This document shows, piece by piece, positions 1-12,695 of a DNA stretch of 64,000 nt (its first letter is position 1; each line of letters begins with the position of its first letter). The translations under genes were made by a program, and so were the position numbers. The stretch is from positions 188,108,001-188,172,000 of the forward strand of contig OZ024740.1 in the NCBI GenBank assembly GCA_964016885.1, in the 5' to 3' direction. The DNA is from Eledone cirrhosa (lineage: Eukaryota). The notes beneath the pieces were generated by a model. It had not been told where the DNA came from, made no database searches, and saw nothing but the letters and a program-made list of their open reading frames with translations.

Positions 1-837
<837 letters not shown>

Positions 838-1080
838 TAATACATTTATAAACACACAGATACATGCGGACACACACATATATACATGAATGCATCCGCA
901 CCCAACTGTGAGTTAAGGGTGCCAACTTCACCGATGTTGCTCAATGAATGACTGGGACAGACCAATTCAGTTTGAACCAGACTGAACCAGTATCAGAGTT
1001 TAAAAATACATTATGAAGAGAGAAGAAACATTTAGATATAATTAGTAATAAAATGTATCATACCTAAACTGTTCCTAAAT

Positions 1081-1168
1081 TCCTCGACTACGTAGTTTCG
1101 TGGCATAAACAAAAACAATATATCAAAGATATAGAGTCCTTGCGAGGTCTGCCGACTTATCAAGAGGA
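1081..1168 (-). ncRNA. Type I hammerhead ribozyme, U3-A8 core variant
   Basis: Reverse complement of the 1984-2071 motif. Confidence 0.8.
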
Positions 1169-1983
1169 TACCTCATTTTACTAGTCTCAAGAACGCGTCT
1201 ACACGACGTGAGAAAGAATCCCAAAAGGCGGAGGGGGAGATAGTCACGCGATATAACGGTCGAGAAACAGAGCTAAGCCTCTTATAACCACGAAAGAAAT
1301 ACCACGGAGGCGGAGGGGGCATTCATATCGAGGCCGTAGAAGAGGTAGTGAAGAAGGCGAGAAGTATGAGTAATGGAAGCTTTCCAGTTGTCCCCACACT
1401 TCAAAGATTGCTCGACCAGAGGGACTCTATATCTTTGATATATTGTTTTTGTTTATGCCACGAAACTACGTAGTCGAGGAATATAGGAACAGTTTAGGTA
1501 TGATACATTTTATTACTAATTATATCTAAATGTTTCTTCTCTCTTCATAATGTATTTTTAACTCTGATACTGGTTCAGTCTGGTTCAAACTGAATTGGTT
1601 TGTCCCAGTCATTCATTGAGCAACATCGGTGAAGTTGGCACCCTTAACTCACAGTTGGGTGCGGATGCATTCATGTATATATGTGTGTGTCCGCATGTAT
1701 CTGTGTGTTTCTAAATGTATTAATAACTCCCTCTGGTCGAGCAATCTTTGAAGTGTGGGGACAACTGGAAAGCTTCCATTACTCATACTTCTCGCCTTCT
1801 TCACTACCTCTTCTACGGCCTCGATATGAATGCCCCCTCCGCCTCCGTGGTATTTTTTTCGTGGTTATAAGAGGCTTAGCTCTGTTTCTCGACCGTTATA
1901 TCGCGTGACTATCTCCCCCTCCGCCTTTTGGGATTCTTTCTCACGTCGTGTAGACGCGTTCTTGAGACTAGTAAAATGAGGTA

Positions 1984-2071
1984 TCCTCTTGATAAGTCGG
2001 CAGACCTCGCAAGGACTCTATATCTTTGATATATTGTTTTTGTTTATGCCACGAAACTACGTAGTCGAGGA
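1984..2071 (+). ncRNA. Type I hammerhead ribozyme, U3-A8 core variant
   Basis: tcctc-TTGATAA-gtcggca...tgccac-GAAA-ctacgtag-TC-gagga: 5-bp stem I, bulged stem II with long loop, palindromic stem III, GUC cleavage triplet. Confidence 0.8.
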
Positions 2072-2165
2072 ATTTAGGAACAGTTTAGGTATGATACATT
2101 TTATTACTAATTATATCTAAATGTTTCTTCTCTCTTCATAATGTATATATATATATATATATATA

Positions 2166-2501
2166 TAAGTATGTATGTACACGTACATACATATATGTAT
2201 ACAGACGTACAGTAGCATGCATATATATAAATATATACAATATATACATACAGGTACACATATATATATATATAGATATATATATATACATATATATATA
2301 TAGATATATATATACATATATATATAGATATATATATATACATATATATATATAGATATATATATACATATATATATATATAGATATATATATACATATT
2401 TAGATATATATATATATATAAATGTAAGTATGTATGTATACGTACATACATATATGTATACAGACATACAGTAGCATGCATATATACACACATATATATA
2501 C

Positions 2502-2534
<33 letters not shown>

Positions 2535-3059
2535 CATACAGGTACACATACATATATGTACGCATCTTTTTGTTCAACACTGACACAGGAACGATGTACT
2601 AGTTTCAAGCTTGTTAGCTATCATCAGCACCGTATACCCATCTGCCAGATAGTTGAACGTTCGAAAGTATATACTTTCCTTATGAAAATTAACGGCTGAG
2701 CAGCCTAATGTGCATATCGAGTGAGTTAAATCGGTCAGGCGCACCGAAAACGATGAGTTGTAACAAAATGAAAACGAAATTTCATTTCTCACTCTTAATA
2801 TGGCACTTACTTAAATGTAAGTATGTATGTATACGTACATACATATATGTATACAGACGTACAGTAGCATGCATATATACACACATATATATACATATAT
2901 ATATATACATACAGGTACACATACATATATGTACGCATCAGTTTAGCGGACGCTTATTATAGCGCCCGCTTTGTTCGTTTGTAAACAAACTCAACAGCCT
3001 GAATTTATGCCGCACGGTGTTAAGGTAACCACGTCACCTTTTTGTTCAACACTGACACA
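2166..3059 (-). mobile_element. Non-coding HHR-bearing tandem repeat (472-nt monomer), retrozyme/mini-Penelope-like
   Basis: 22-bp ctttttgttcaacactgacaca at 2566 and 3038. A second block (gtatgtatg...acagtagcatgc...caggtacaca) recurs at ~2166, ~2420 and ~2812. Confidence 0.65.
2591..2633 (-). ncRNA. Minimal type I hammerhead ribozyme
   Basis: Minus strand: acggtg-CTGATGA-t-agct-aaca-agct-t-GAAA-ctag-TA-catcgt; 6-bp stem I, 4-bp stem II, palindromic stem III, GUA triplet. Confidence 0.85.
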
Positions 3060-3060
3060 A

Positions 3061-3091
<31 letters not shown>

Positions 3092-3154
3092 GATATATAT
3101 ATACATATATATATATAGAAAGATTTGAATGGATACAGTTTAGTTGAAAGGAAT

Positions 3155-3274
3155 TTATTGACACGTGTTTCTATAACAGTTACATAACCTAAAACAGCTG
3201 CTATCTACAAACTTTTAGTTATGCAGACATTCAATATTTCAATGTTATTATTTACTGTCATTTCATCAGAATAA
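3155..3274 (-). ncRNA. Type I hammerhead ribozyme with long loop II
   Basis: Minus strand: ttatt-CTGATGA-a-atgacagt...actgttat-a-GAAA-cacgtg-TC-aataa. Confidence 0.8.
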
Positions 3275-3817
3275 TATTACTGAGGACCTATTTAGTTTTT
3301 ATAGAGAATATTAGGAGGGAGGGGTGAAGTTGTTAGAAGAATAGTTGAAGGAGTGGTTTTTCGATAGCAGTGAGTAATTAGATTCCCATCTGTTGTTTTG
3401 ACATTTTTTATAGAATATATTATTGGTTATTTTTCTAAATCTATAGAAGGATTAGAGATAGTAAAGATATGCGTGGTTGGTTTTGTGTTTGCACTTAATT
3501 AACATTCAGACTTAAATTTTTCTTTCAAGTGTACGTATCCTTTCACCCACGCATTCACACATAAATATATTTGCACACCTCTACAAAATACATATACTCA
3601 CAATTCACATATTCATACTTACATATATATACACATGCATACACATATATATACACACATGTATTCATGTACATACATACGCGCTCATGTGTATACATTT
3701 TCATACTCAACTTATCTTTATATACACACGTATAGACACACACATATATACATACATACTCTAGTCCATGTGTACACACATACACATACATACACATCCA
3801 TATACACACATATACAT

Positions 3818-3888
<71 letters not shown>

Positions 3889-4155
3889 CACTTTAATACA
3901 TGAATACACTTACATCTAACTATACACATCAAACATATATATATATTTACTTATTTATATACATTTTCACATATATATACATACTTATGGACGTTTTTAG
4001 ACACATTCATTATCGCATATTTGCACCTATTCTCATCAGCATATCTTTCCATTATTAGTATGGTAATTTAAGGTTATTAATATATGTTGAGAAGAGATTG
4101 TTTTTATATTTTTCTAACTAGATTAAGGTTTATATAGTTGGGGGATGTCCCTCTT

Positions 4156-4960
4156 TTATGTAATATTCGGCTTGTAGTGGGAAAAAAGGGTTTTAGTTCT
4201 GTGACGGCAGAATAATGTTCGTTCAATTCTGTTATTCAGCAGTTTCTTCTTGTGTGTGATTATGTAATAAATCTCAAGATTACACAATTTGCAGAAATTT
4301 TGGCTCCTGGAAAAGCTTTGGGTTTTAGCTAATTTCTCCCATTTTAGGGTAAACTTTTGATCGCTATCCCTGAGCGTCCAAGCTTTTTCTGCTAAAGTTG
4401 TTACATTTCTTTGGCTCTGGTGTTTTATTGAGTAAGAATGCCTATACAATCGCGATTTAAACGATGTTGCCGTTGATCCCACGTAATACCACTCGTTGCC
4501 TCCGGATTTAATGGTACACTTATAAATAATATTTTTTTCCAGGCAGTTATTGCCGAGGGGGCAGTTGTCAGGATAGGTGCAGTTACAGTTGTGTACGTTG
4601 GGTTTTCTCTGGAGTAGTATTGCGGACGAACTTAGGTGTGGTTTATTTATGTTCTGTAGTGTATTGTCTAGTGTTTTTTTTGTGTTCTTTGTACTTAAGT
4701 TCTTAGTGTTTTCGTTTAACCTTCTAGTATTGATCTTTTTTATGTGTTGTTCAAGGTTTAACGCTGTAGAGTATGACAGTCTTATAGTGGTAGGGTTTAG
4801 GATTTTGTGGTATTTGTGTGATGTGGGAAAATGTCTTTTAATTATTTTAAAGAAGAGTACTGGTAAATTTGTACTAATGGAACTATTGTATTCGGGGTTA
4901 TACCATAAGTACTCTTTGCATCGCTTTCTATTAGTTTTGTTTGTTGGTTTACTGGTGTGC
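4156..4960 (-). pseudogene. Penelope-like ORF C-terminus: CxCx5C linker plus GIY-YIG endonuclease
   Basis: IIY...YVG motifs, conserved R in SFKSRLYRH, C-terminal CxxC; the N-terminus is lost in (TA)n. Confidence 0.88.
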
Positions 4961-4998
4961 ATATATATATAGATATATATATACATATATATATATAG

Positions 4999-5042
<44 letters not shown>

Positions 5043-5057
5043 TTATATATATATATT

Positions 5058-5139
<82 letters not shown>

Positions 5140-5145
5140 CATATA

Positions 5146-5225
<80 letters not shown>

Positions 5226-5520
5226 TAAATTTGTATTCCAATGTTACTAAGTAGTTGCATGGATGGAGTCAACCGACGTCGGAGATTGCTCAACGTATAA
5301 TAAAGTGTGTTTTAAAATGAGGAGAAAATATGGAGAAGAAGTTTATGAAATGGAAATACGGGTATAAAGAATTTATTAGGTAACAATTGTTTCTATAGTG
5401 TATGGGTTACCTATACCTCGCTATTTGAATAATATAAAGATATTATCATAAACCGAAGGTACATCTTTATACCCGCATTTCCATTTCATAAACTTCTCTC
5501 TCTCTATATATATATATATA

Positions 5521-5565
<45 letters not shown>

Positions 5566-5579
5566 TTATATATATATAT

Positions 5580-8205
5580 CATCATCATCATCATCATCAT
5601 CGTTTAACGTCCGTGTTCCACGCTTGCATGGGTTTGGACGGGGGTTTTCCCACTTGAGGCAAGAGTGATTGTCTTGCTCGCATAGGACTGTCTGGTGGGT
5701 TTTCTACAGATGGATGCCCTTCCTAACACCAACCACATTTACAGTGTGGGGCTGGGAGGTTTTTACCGTGTTGCCTACATGGCCACATTACAGCGTGGAC
5801 TGTCTGGCCGGTTTTCTACAGCTGGATGCCCTTCCTAACACCAACCACATTTACAGTGTGGGACTGGGAGGTTTTTACCGTGTTGCCTACACGGCCACAT
5901 TACAGCGTGGACTGTGTGTTTTTTTGTCGTGACACCTACACGATTTCATTTGTTTCGGCCAGGATGTTGTGGCACCAACATAACTTTACATTGAAAGGGG
6001 CGGTGTGGATGGGGTGGAGTGGGTGGGACGGGGGTGTATTTTGTTAGAGATGCCTACTGAGTGTAGTAGGTTTTACTTTGTATTTAGGTAAGGCGGGTCT
6101 TCTCTATTACTGAGTACCGCCAAAGGTGTCGGTCCAGTGACATTGTCTTGGAGAGGTGTAAGCGTGTGAGGTCGGAATTTATCATGTCGTGCCAGGTTTT
6201 TCTGGGTCTGCCTACTCCGTAGCTACCATCTATATTTATTGCCCTGCACTTTGTTATACAGCTTTCGTCCTTCATGCGCATCACGTGACCATACCAACGT
6301 AGCCTTCTCTCGAGTAAACAACATCTGATCCCTCTTATTTCTAATTTTTTCCTTAGTTCACTTATGGTTTGCCGTTCACGTATGTTACTATTACACATCC
6401 AGCGGAGCATGCAAGCTTCGTTCCCCTCTAGTCTGCGTATATCCTCTGCACACAATGCCCAGGTCTCACTGCCATGCAACATTGCTGTTCGTATGCAGGC
6501 ATCATACAACCTGCCTTTCATTTTTAGGGAGAACCCTTTAGCGGCTAATAGTGGTATAAGCTCTCTGAACTTTTTCCATCCAGTTCTGACTCTAGCTACT
6601 GGACTTTCAGAGCACCCTCCACCACTGCTGATTTTGTCACCCAGGTAACGGATGCTGTCTACTATTTCTATAGAACCCTCTGCGCAATTGAAAGTGCTAG
6701 TATTTAGTGGGCACTTGCTGCTACTTATTGCACCAGAGCACCGGCCACATGTAAAATCTATGTTCTTAGTTAGCTTACCTGTGATCCCACTACATCTTTT
6801 ATGCACACATACTTTGCATTTGGGACATAAAATGGAGTTTCTACCTATGCCTTTCCTACACACTGAGCATGGCCATTTCCCGTCGCCTTATTTTCTTTCT
6901 TACAAACTAGAACTTTAGTCTTAGCCAGGTTAATTTTAAGCCCTTTTGATTCTAGGCCATGCTTCCATGTTTGGAATTTCTTCTCTTGCTCGGCCATTGA
7001 TTCAGCTATGAACGTTAGATCATCTGCGTATAGGAGTTCCCATGGGCAGCCGGTCTTGAACTCCACTGTTATATCCTGAAGGGCAATAATAAATAGTAGG
7101 GGGCTAAGAACAGAGCCCTGATGTACACCAACTTTTACACTAAACTCTTCACTATATTCGTTGTTAATTCTAACCTTGCTGACTGTTTCTTTATACATGG
7201 CTTGTATAGCTCTCACAAGCCATTCGTCAACACCTAGTGTTCTAAGAGCCCACCAGATAATGGAACGGGGGACTCTGTCGAAGGCTTTCTCCAAGTCAAC
7301 AAAAGCTAAGTATACGGGTTTACTTTTAGCTAGGTACTTCTCCTGTAGTTGTCGTACAATGAAAAGGGCGTCTGTGGTACTTTTGCCTGACACAAAAACG
7401 AACTGCATTTCATCTAGATCAATTTTCTCTCTGATTAGTAGCGCTATAACTTTTTCCGTGACCTTCATGACCTGGTGGATTAATTTAATACCTCTATAGT
7501 TACTCCTATCTAGGGCATCTCCTTTACCCTTGTAACAGTTAATGATGATGCTGCTATGCCAGTCCTTCGGAACAACACCATTCTATATGACTTGGGTGAC
7601 TATCCGGGTGACCATGGTGTGTCCCACCGTTCCAGATGCTTTCAGCATCTCAGCAACTATTTCCGAAGGCCCAGCCGCCTTACCCATCTTCATATCTTTG
7701 ATTGCCTTACTTATTATACTACCTTCGACTAACACTGCCGGTCCCTCTATTGCGTCGATGTGGGGGAGACTGTCTTTCTCCCATTTATTCTCCTCATTTA
7801 GAAGCCTTTCGTAGAGACACTTCCAAGCTACCTTCTTATCAGCGTCAGTGATGGCAAGTACACCATCATCATTAAGTACACACTTCTCCCCGATAATATC
7901 ACGGCTTTCCTTGACACATTGCCTAGCAATCCTGAACATCTCACGTTTTTGGTCCTCGCGTTGTAGAACATGCTTGAACTTTCTTTCCTCTGCTTCTCTT
8001 CTTGCGAAGTACACTTGTGTCCTAGCTTCCCTCCTGGCCACTTGATAGTCTTCTCTGCTTCCCCCATACCGCCATACTTTCCAAGCCTGCTTTTTGGCCT
8101 TAATTGACCCCTCCGCCTTACTGTTCCACCACCATGTTACTCTCCTCCTACCTACAGGCCTGCTCCAGCCACAGACTGCGTCTGCCGCCGTCAGCAGGTT
8201 TGCTG
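5580..8205 (-). mobile_element. RTE-clade LINE, 5'-truncated and frameshifted
   Basis: ORF fragments with FVDLEKAFDRV, GVHQGSVLSPLLF, LYADDL and RRLRWYGHV; (TGA)n tail at ~5580. Confidence 0.95.
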
Positions 8206-8311
8206 GTTTGGATATATATATATGTATATATATATGTATATTTATATATATATATATATGTATATATATACATATATATATATATATATGTATGTATATA
8301 TACATATATAT

Positions 8312-8547
8312 AGTAATAATAATAAATTTGAAGACTAAAATCAAAGAGGGCTCGATAAGGATAAATATATATCAAATATATAAGAACCGTAGAGCAAATA
8401 TTTATTAAAATAACATCTTGAAGTTTAAGCAAAGAATCGCTGCTTTCACCCTTAACGGGATCTTCTGAAACTAACCAGTTTCAGAAGATCCCGTTAAGGG
8501 TGAAAGCAGCGATTCTTTGCTTAAACTTGAATCTGTTATTTTAATAA

Positions 8548-8551
<4 letters not shown>
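8312..8551. mobile_element. Fold-back 3' end of a Penelope family (same family as 43506-43683), with an HHR on each strand (8422-8472 minus; 8477-8527 plus)
   Basis: Inverted arms around ~8474; sequence matches the 43.5 kb, 55.4 kb and 63.0 kb copies. Confidence 0.85.
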
Positions 8552-8585
<34 letters not shown>

Positions 8586-8623
8586 GTATATTTATATATA
8601 TATATATATATGTATATATATAC

Positions 8624-8660
<37 letters not shown>

Positions 8661-9095
8661 TATGATAATAGGGGCGCTGCGGAGTTGCAAATGGGTTACA
8701 TATGAAAAAAGTTTGTCCTTCATCAGTGATCTTCCAACTATCATAGGTATTTCATCGCTTTAAAGACCATATACCTCCGGTTGGTTCGAGCAACGGCTAA
8801 AAAAAGTCGTTGGGACATGTAAATAAAGGGGACGCGAGGGTAAACAAACAAAATGGTGAGGCAACAGAAAGTGAGGAATAAGGAGACAAGTCCCAGATTT
8901 CTATGAATTTAAGTTCGGTGAAATCGTGTACGAGAGAATAAAGACCATCAAACCTGGTTGAAATGTGAGCAAGGAAGGAATTTCGCACAGGTCTAACGGG
9001 AGGAAGAAGGGGTCTGGTCTGCGAATTCGGTAAACATAAGTTCTGTGATATCGTGGACGAGAGAGAAAAAATTCCGAACAGCTTGGCCGAGAATA

Positions 9096-9432
9096 CATGG
9101 CTTAGTGGTTAGAGCATTAGCCTTGCAATCGAAAGGTTGTGAGTTCAATTCTCAGACCGGTTGATGTGTTGTTTCCTTGAGCAAGACACTTTATTTCACA
9201 TTGCTCCAGTTTACTCAGCTGTAGAAATGAGATGGTATGCACTGGGATCCCTATCATTCCACTGCAAAGTGGTCGTGGAGGTGCCACGGCAAAAAAGCAC
9301 CCAGCACTCACTGTAAATGAGGTTGGTGTTAGGAAGAGCATCCAGCTGTAGAAATCAAGCCAGAATCAGTTCCCGTCCCACCCTTGCAAGAAGGGAAAAG
9401 CGGACGTAAAATGAAATGATGATGATGATGAT
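9096..9432 (+). mobile_element. tRNA-derived SINE with RTE-derived 3' tail
   Basis: A-box-like tggcttagtggtt, B-box-like gagttcaattc, central ccttgagcaagacacttta, 3' end shared with the RTE UTR, (TGA)n tail. Confidence 0.88.
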
Positions 9433-9476
9433 ATAAATATACATAAATATGAATATACATATAAATAAATATATAT

Positions 9477-9531
<55 letters not shown>

Positions 9532-9558
9532 CATAAATATGAATATACATATATATAA

Positions 9559-9594
<36 letters not shown>

Positions 9595-9595
<1 letters not shown>

Positions 9596-12180
9596 AATTC
9601 AAAAGTATACTACTTGATGCTTTCGACAGTAAGGAAGGGCAATTAGAGTCGTACAATGTAGAGGAGCAGTGGGAATTCCTGAAAGCAAACCTGCTGATGG
9701 CGGCAGACGAAGTCTGTGGCTGGAGGAGAGTAACATGGTGGTGGAACAGTAAGGTGGAGGGTTCAATTAAGGCCAAAAAGCAGGCTTGAAAAGTATGGCG
9801 GATGGGGGAAGCAGAGAAGACTATCAAGTGGCCAGGAGGGAAGCTAGGAGACAAGTGTACTTCGCAAGAAGGGAAGCAGAGGAAAGAAAGTTCAAGTATG
9901 TTCTACAACGTGAGGAACAAAAACGTGAGGTGTTCAGGATTGCTAGGCAATGTGTCAAGGAAAACCATGATATTGTTGGGGAGAAGTGTGTACTTAATGA
10001 TGACGGCGTACTTGCCATCACCGACGCTGATAAGAAGGTAGCTTGGAAGTGTCACTATGAAAGGCTACTAAATGAGGAGAATAAATGGGAGAAAGACAAA
10101 CTCCCCCACATCGACCCAATAGAGGGACCAGCAGTGTTAGTCGAGGGTAGTATAATAAGTAAGGCAATCAAAAATATGAAGGCGGGTAAGGCGGCTGGGC
10201 CTTCGGAAATAGTTGCCGAGATGCTGAAGGCATCTGGTACGGTGGGACACACCATGGTCACCCGGATAGTTAACCAAGTCATACAGAATGGGGTTGTTCC
10301 GAAGGACTGGCATAGCAGCATCATCGTTAACTGTTATAAGGGTAAAGGAGATGCCCTAGTTAGGAGTAACTATAGAGGCATTCAATTAATCGACCAGGTC
10401 ATGAAGGTCACGGAAAAAGTTATAGCGCTACTAATCAGAGAGAAAATTGATCTAGATGAAATGCAGTTCGGGTTTGTGTCAGGCAAAAGTACCACAGACG
10501 CCCTTTTCATTGTACGACAACAACAGGAGCAGTACCTAGCTAAAAGTAAACCCCTATACTTAGCTTTTATCGACTTGGAGAAAGCCTTCGACAGAGTCCT
10601 CCGTTCCATTACCTGGTGGGCTCTTAGAAAACTAGGTGTTGACGAATGGCTTGTGAGAGCTTTACAAGCCATGTATAAAGAAACAGTCAGCAAGGTTAGA
10701 ATTAACAACGAATATAGTGAAGAGTTTAACGTAAAAGTTGGCGTCTATCAGGGCTCTGTTCTCAGCCCCCTACTATTTATTATTGCCCTTCAGGCTATAA
10801 CAGAGGAGTTCAAGACCGGTTGCCCATGGGAACTCCTATACGCAGATGACCTAACACTCATAGCTGAATCAATGGCCGAGCTAGAGAAGAAATTCCAAAC
10901 ATGGAAGCACGGCCTAGAATCAAAAGGCCTTAAAATTAACCTGGCTAAGACTAAAGTTCTAGTTTGTATGAAAGAAAATAGGGCGGCGGTCCCTTCCGGG
11001 AAGTGGCCATGCTCAGTGTGTAGGAAAGGCGTAGGTAGAAACTCCATTTTGTGTCCCAAATGCAAAGTATGGGTGCATAAAAGATGTAGTGGGATCACAG
11101 GTAAGCTAACTAAGAACATAGATTTTACATGTGGCCGGTGCTCTGGTGCAATAAGTAGCAGCAAGTGCCCACTAAATACTAGCTCTTTCAATTGCGCAGA
11201 GGGTTCTATAGAAATAGTGGACAGCTTCCGTTAACTGGGTGACAAAATCAGCAGTGGGGGAGGGTGCTCTGAAAGTACAGTAGCTAGAGTCAGAACTGGA
11301 TGGAAAAAGTTCAGAGAGCTTATACCACTATTAGCCGCTAAAGGGTTCTCCCTAAAAATGAAAGGCAGGTTGTATGATGCCTGCATACGAACAGCAATGT
11401 TGCAAGGCAGTGAGACCTGGGCATTGTGTGCAGAGGATATACGCAGACTAGAGAGAAACGAAGCTTGCATGCTCCGCTGGATGTGTAATAGTAATATACG
11501 TAAGCGGCAAAGCATAAACGAAATAATTAGAAATAAGAGGGATCAGATGTTGTTTACTCGAGAGAAGGCTACGTTGGTATGGTCACGTGATGCGCATGAA
11601 AGATGATAGCTGTATAACAATGTGCAGGGCAATAAAGATAGACGGTAGCCACGGAATAGGCAGACCCAGAAAGACCAGGGACGAGCTGATAAATTCCGAC
11701 CTCACACGCTTACACCTCACCAAGACAATGTCACTGGACCGAGACCTTTGGCGGTACTCAGTAATAGAGAAGACCCGCCTTACCTAAATACAAAGTAAAA
11801 CCTACTACAGTCAGTAGGCATCTCTAACAAAATACACCCCCGTCCCACCACCCCCACCCCATCCACACCGCCCCTTTCAATGTAAAGTTATGTTGGTGCC
11901 ACAACATCCAGTCCGAAAGAAATGAGATCGTGTAGGTGTCTCGACAAAAAAACACACAGTTCACTCTGTAATGTGGCCGTGTAGGCAACACAGTAAAAAC
12001 CTCCCAGCCCCACACTGTAAATGTGGTTGGTGTTAGGAAGGGCATCCAGCTGTAGAATACCCGCCAGACAGTCCTATGCGAGCAAGATAATCACTCTTGC
12101 CTCAAGTGGGAAAAACCCCGTCCAAACCCATGCAAGCGTGGAACACGGACGTTAAACGTTGATGATGATGATGATGATGA
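9595..12180 (+). mobile_element. RTE-clade LINE, 5'-truncated; RT ORF 9786-11234 ends at a premature stop
   Basis: RT motifs (NYRGI, DLEKAFD, QGSVLSP, YADD), C4HC3 Cys cluster, 3' UTR and (TGA)n tail. Confidence 0.95.
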
Positions 12181-12522
12181 TATATATATATATATACATA
12201 TATATATAAATATGTATATACATATATATAAATATGTATATACATATATATAAATATATATACATAAATATATATATACATACTGAGTTCCTGCTTGCCC
12301 AACATGGTGACTTCTAACAGTAAATAGCTCAACTACTTGAGCTATATATATATACATATATATAAATATATATACACAAATATATATAAATATATATAAC
12401 TAGTTGAGCTATATATATGCATATATATAAATATATATATACACATATATATAAATATATATATATACATATATTTAAATATATATAAATATATGTATAT
12501 ACATATATATATATATATATAC

Positions 12523-12557
<35 letters not shown>

Positions 12558-12695
12558 AATATATATACATGTATATAAATACATATATATACATAAATAT
12601 ATATATATATATATAAATATATATATATACAAATATATATATATATATATATACATATATATAAATATATATATATACATATATATATATTCATT

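Larger units (their letters stand above)
838..2143. mobile_element. Non-coding HHR-bearing repeat (591-nt monomer): one inverted copy plus ~1.2 tandem copies; retrozyme/mini-Penelope-like
   Basis: 838-1423 is the reverse complement of the unit seen on + at 1422-2143. 'ggactctat' recurs at 1422 and 2013 (period 591). Flanked by (TA)n; no recognisable ORF. Confidence 0.75.
3118..4960 (-). mobile_element. 5'-truncated Penelope-like retroelement (GIY-YIG end of ORF, 3' UTR, HHR)
   Basis: ORF 4156-4960: WYNPEY...CNCTYPDNCPLGNNC...IIYKC...YVGST...CKLC; HHR downstream; (TA)n on both flanks. Confidence 0.9.

Noticed and set aside
1560-1672. Hairpins (gcaccc…gggtgc) considered as an HDV-like or twister ribozyme
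   Set aside because: Could not build the required pseudoknots or conserved residues by eye.
4030-4042. CTGATGA on minus inside the PLE 3' UTR
   Set aside because: No stem II/GAAA arrangement found; a chance 7-mer.
6364-7499. Antisense ORFs overlapping RTE copies
   Set aside because: Shadow frames of the RT coding strand, repeated in each copy, with no independent motifs.
8700-8742. CTGATGA on the minus strand (8720-8726) in an unclassified insert
   Set aside because: No downstream GAAA or closing stems before the TA tract; at most a truncated relic.
9096-9170. tRNA gene
   Set aside because: The tRNA-like head continues into a SINE body and is multicopy; no complete cloverleaf.
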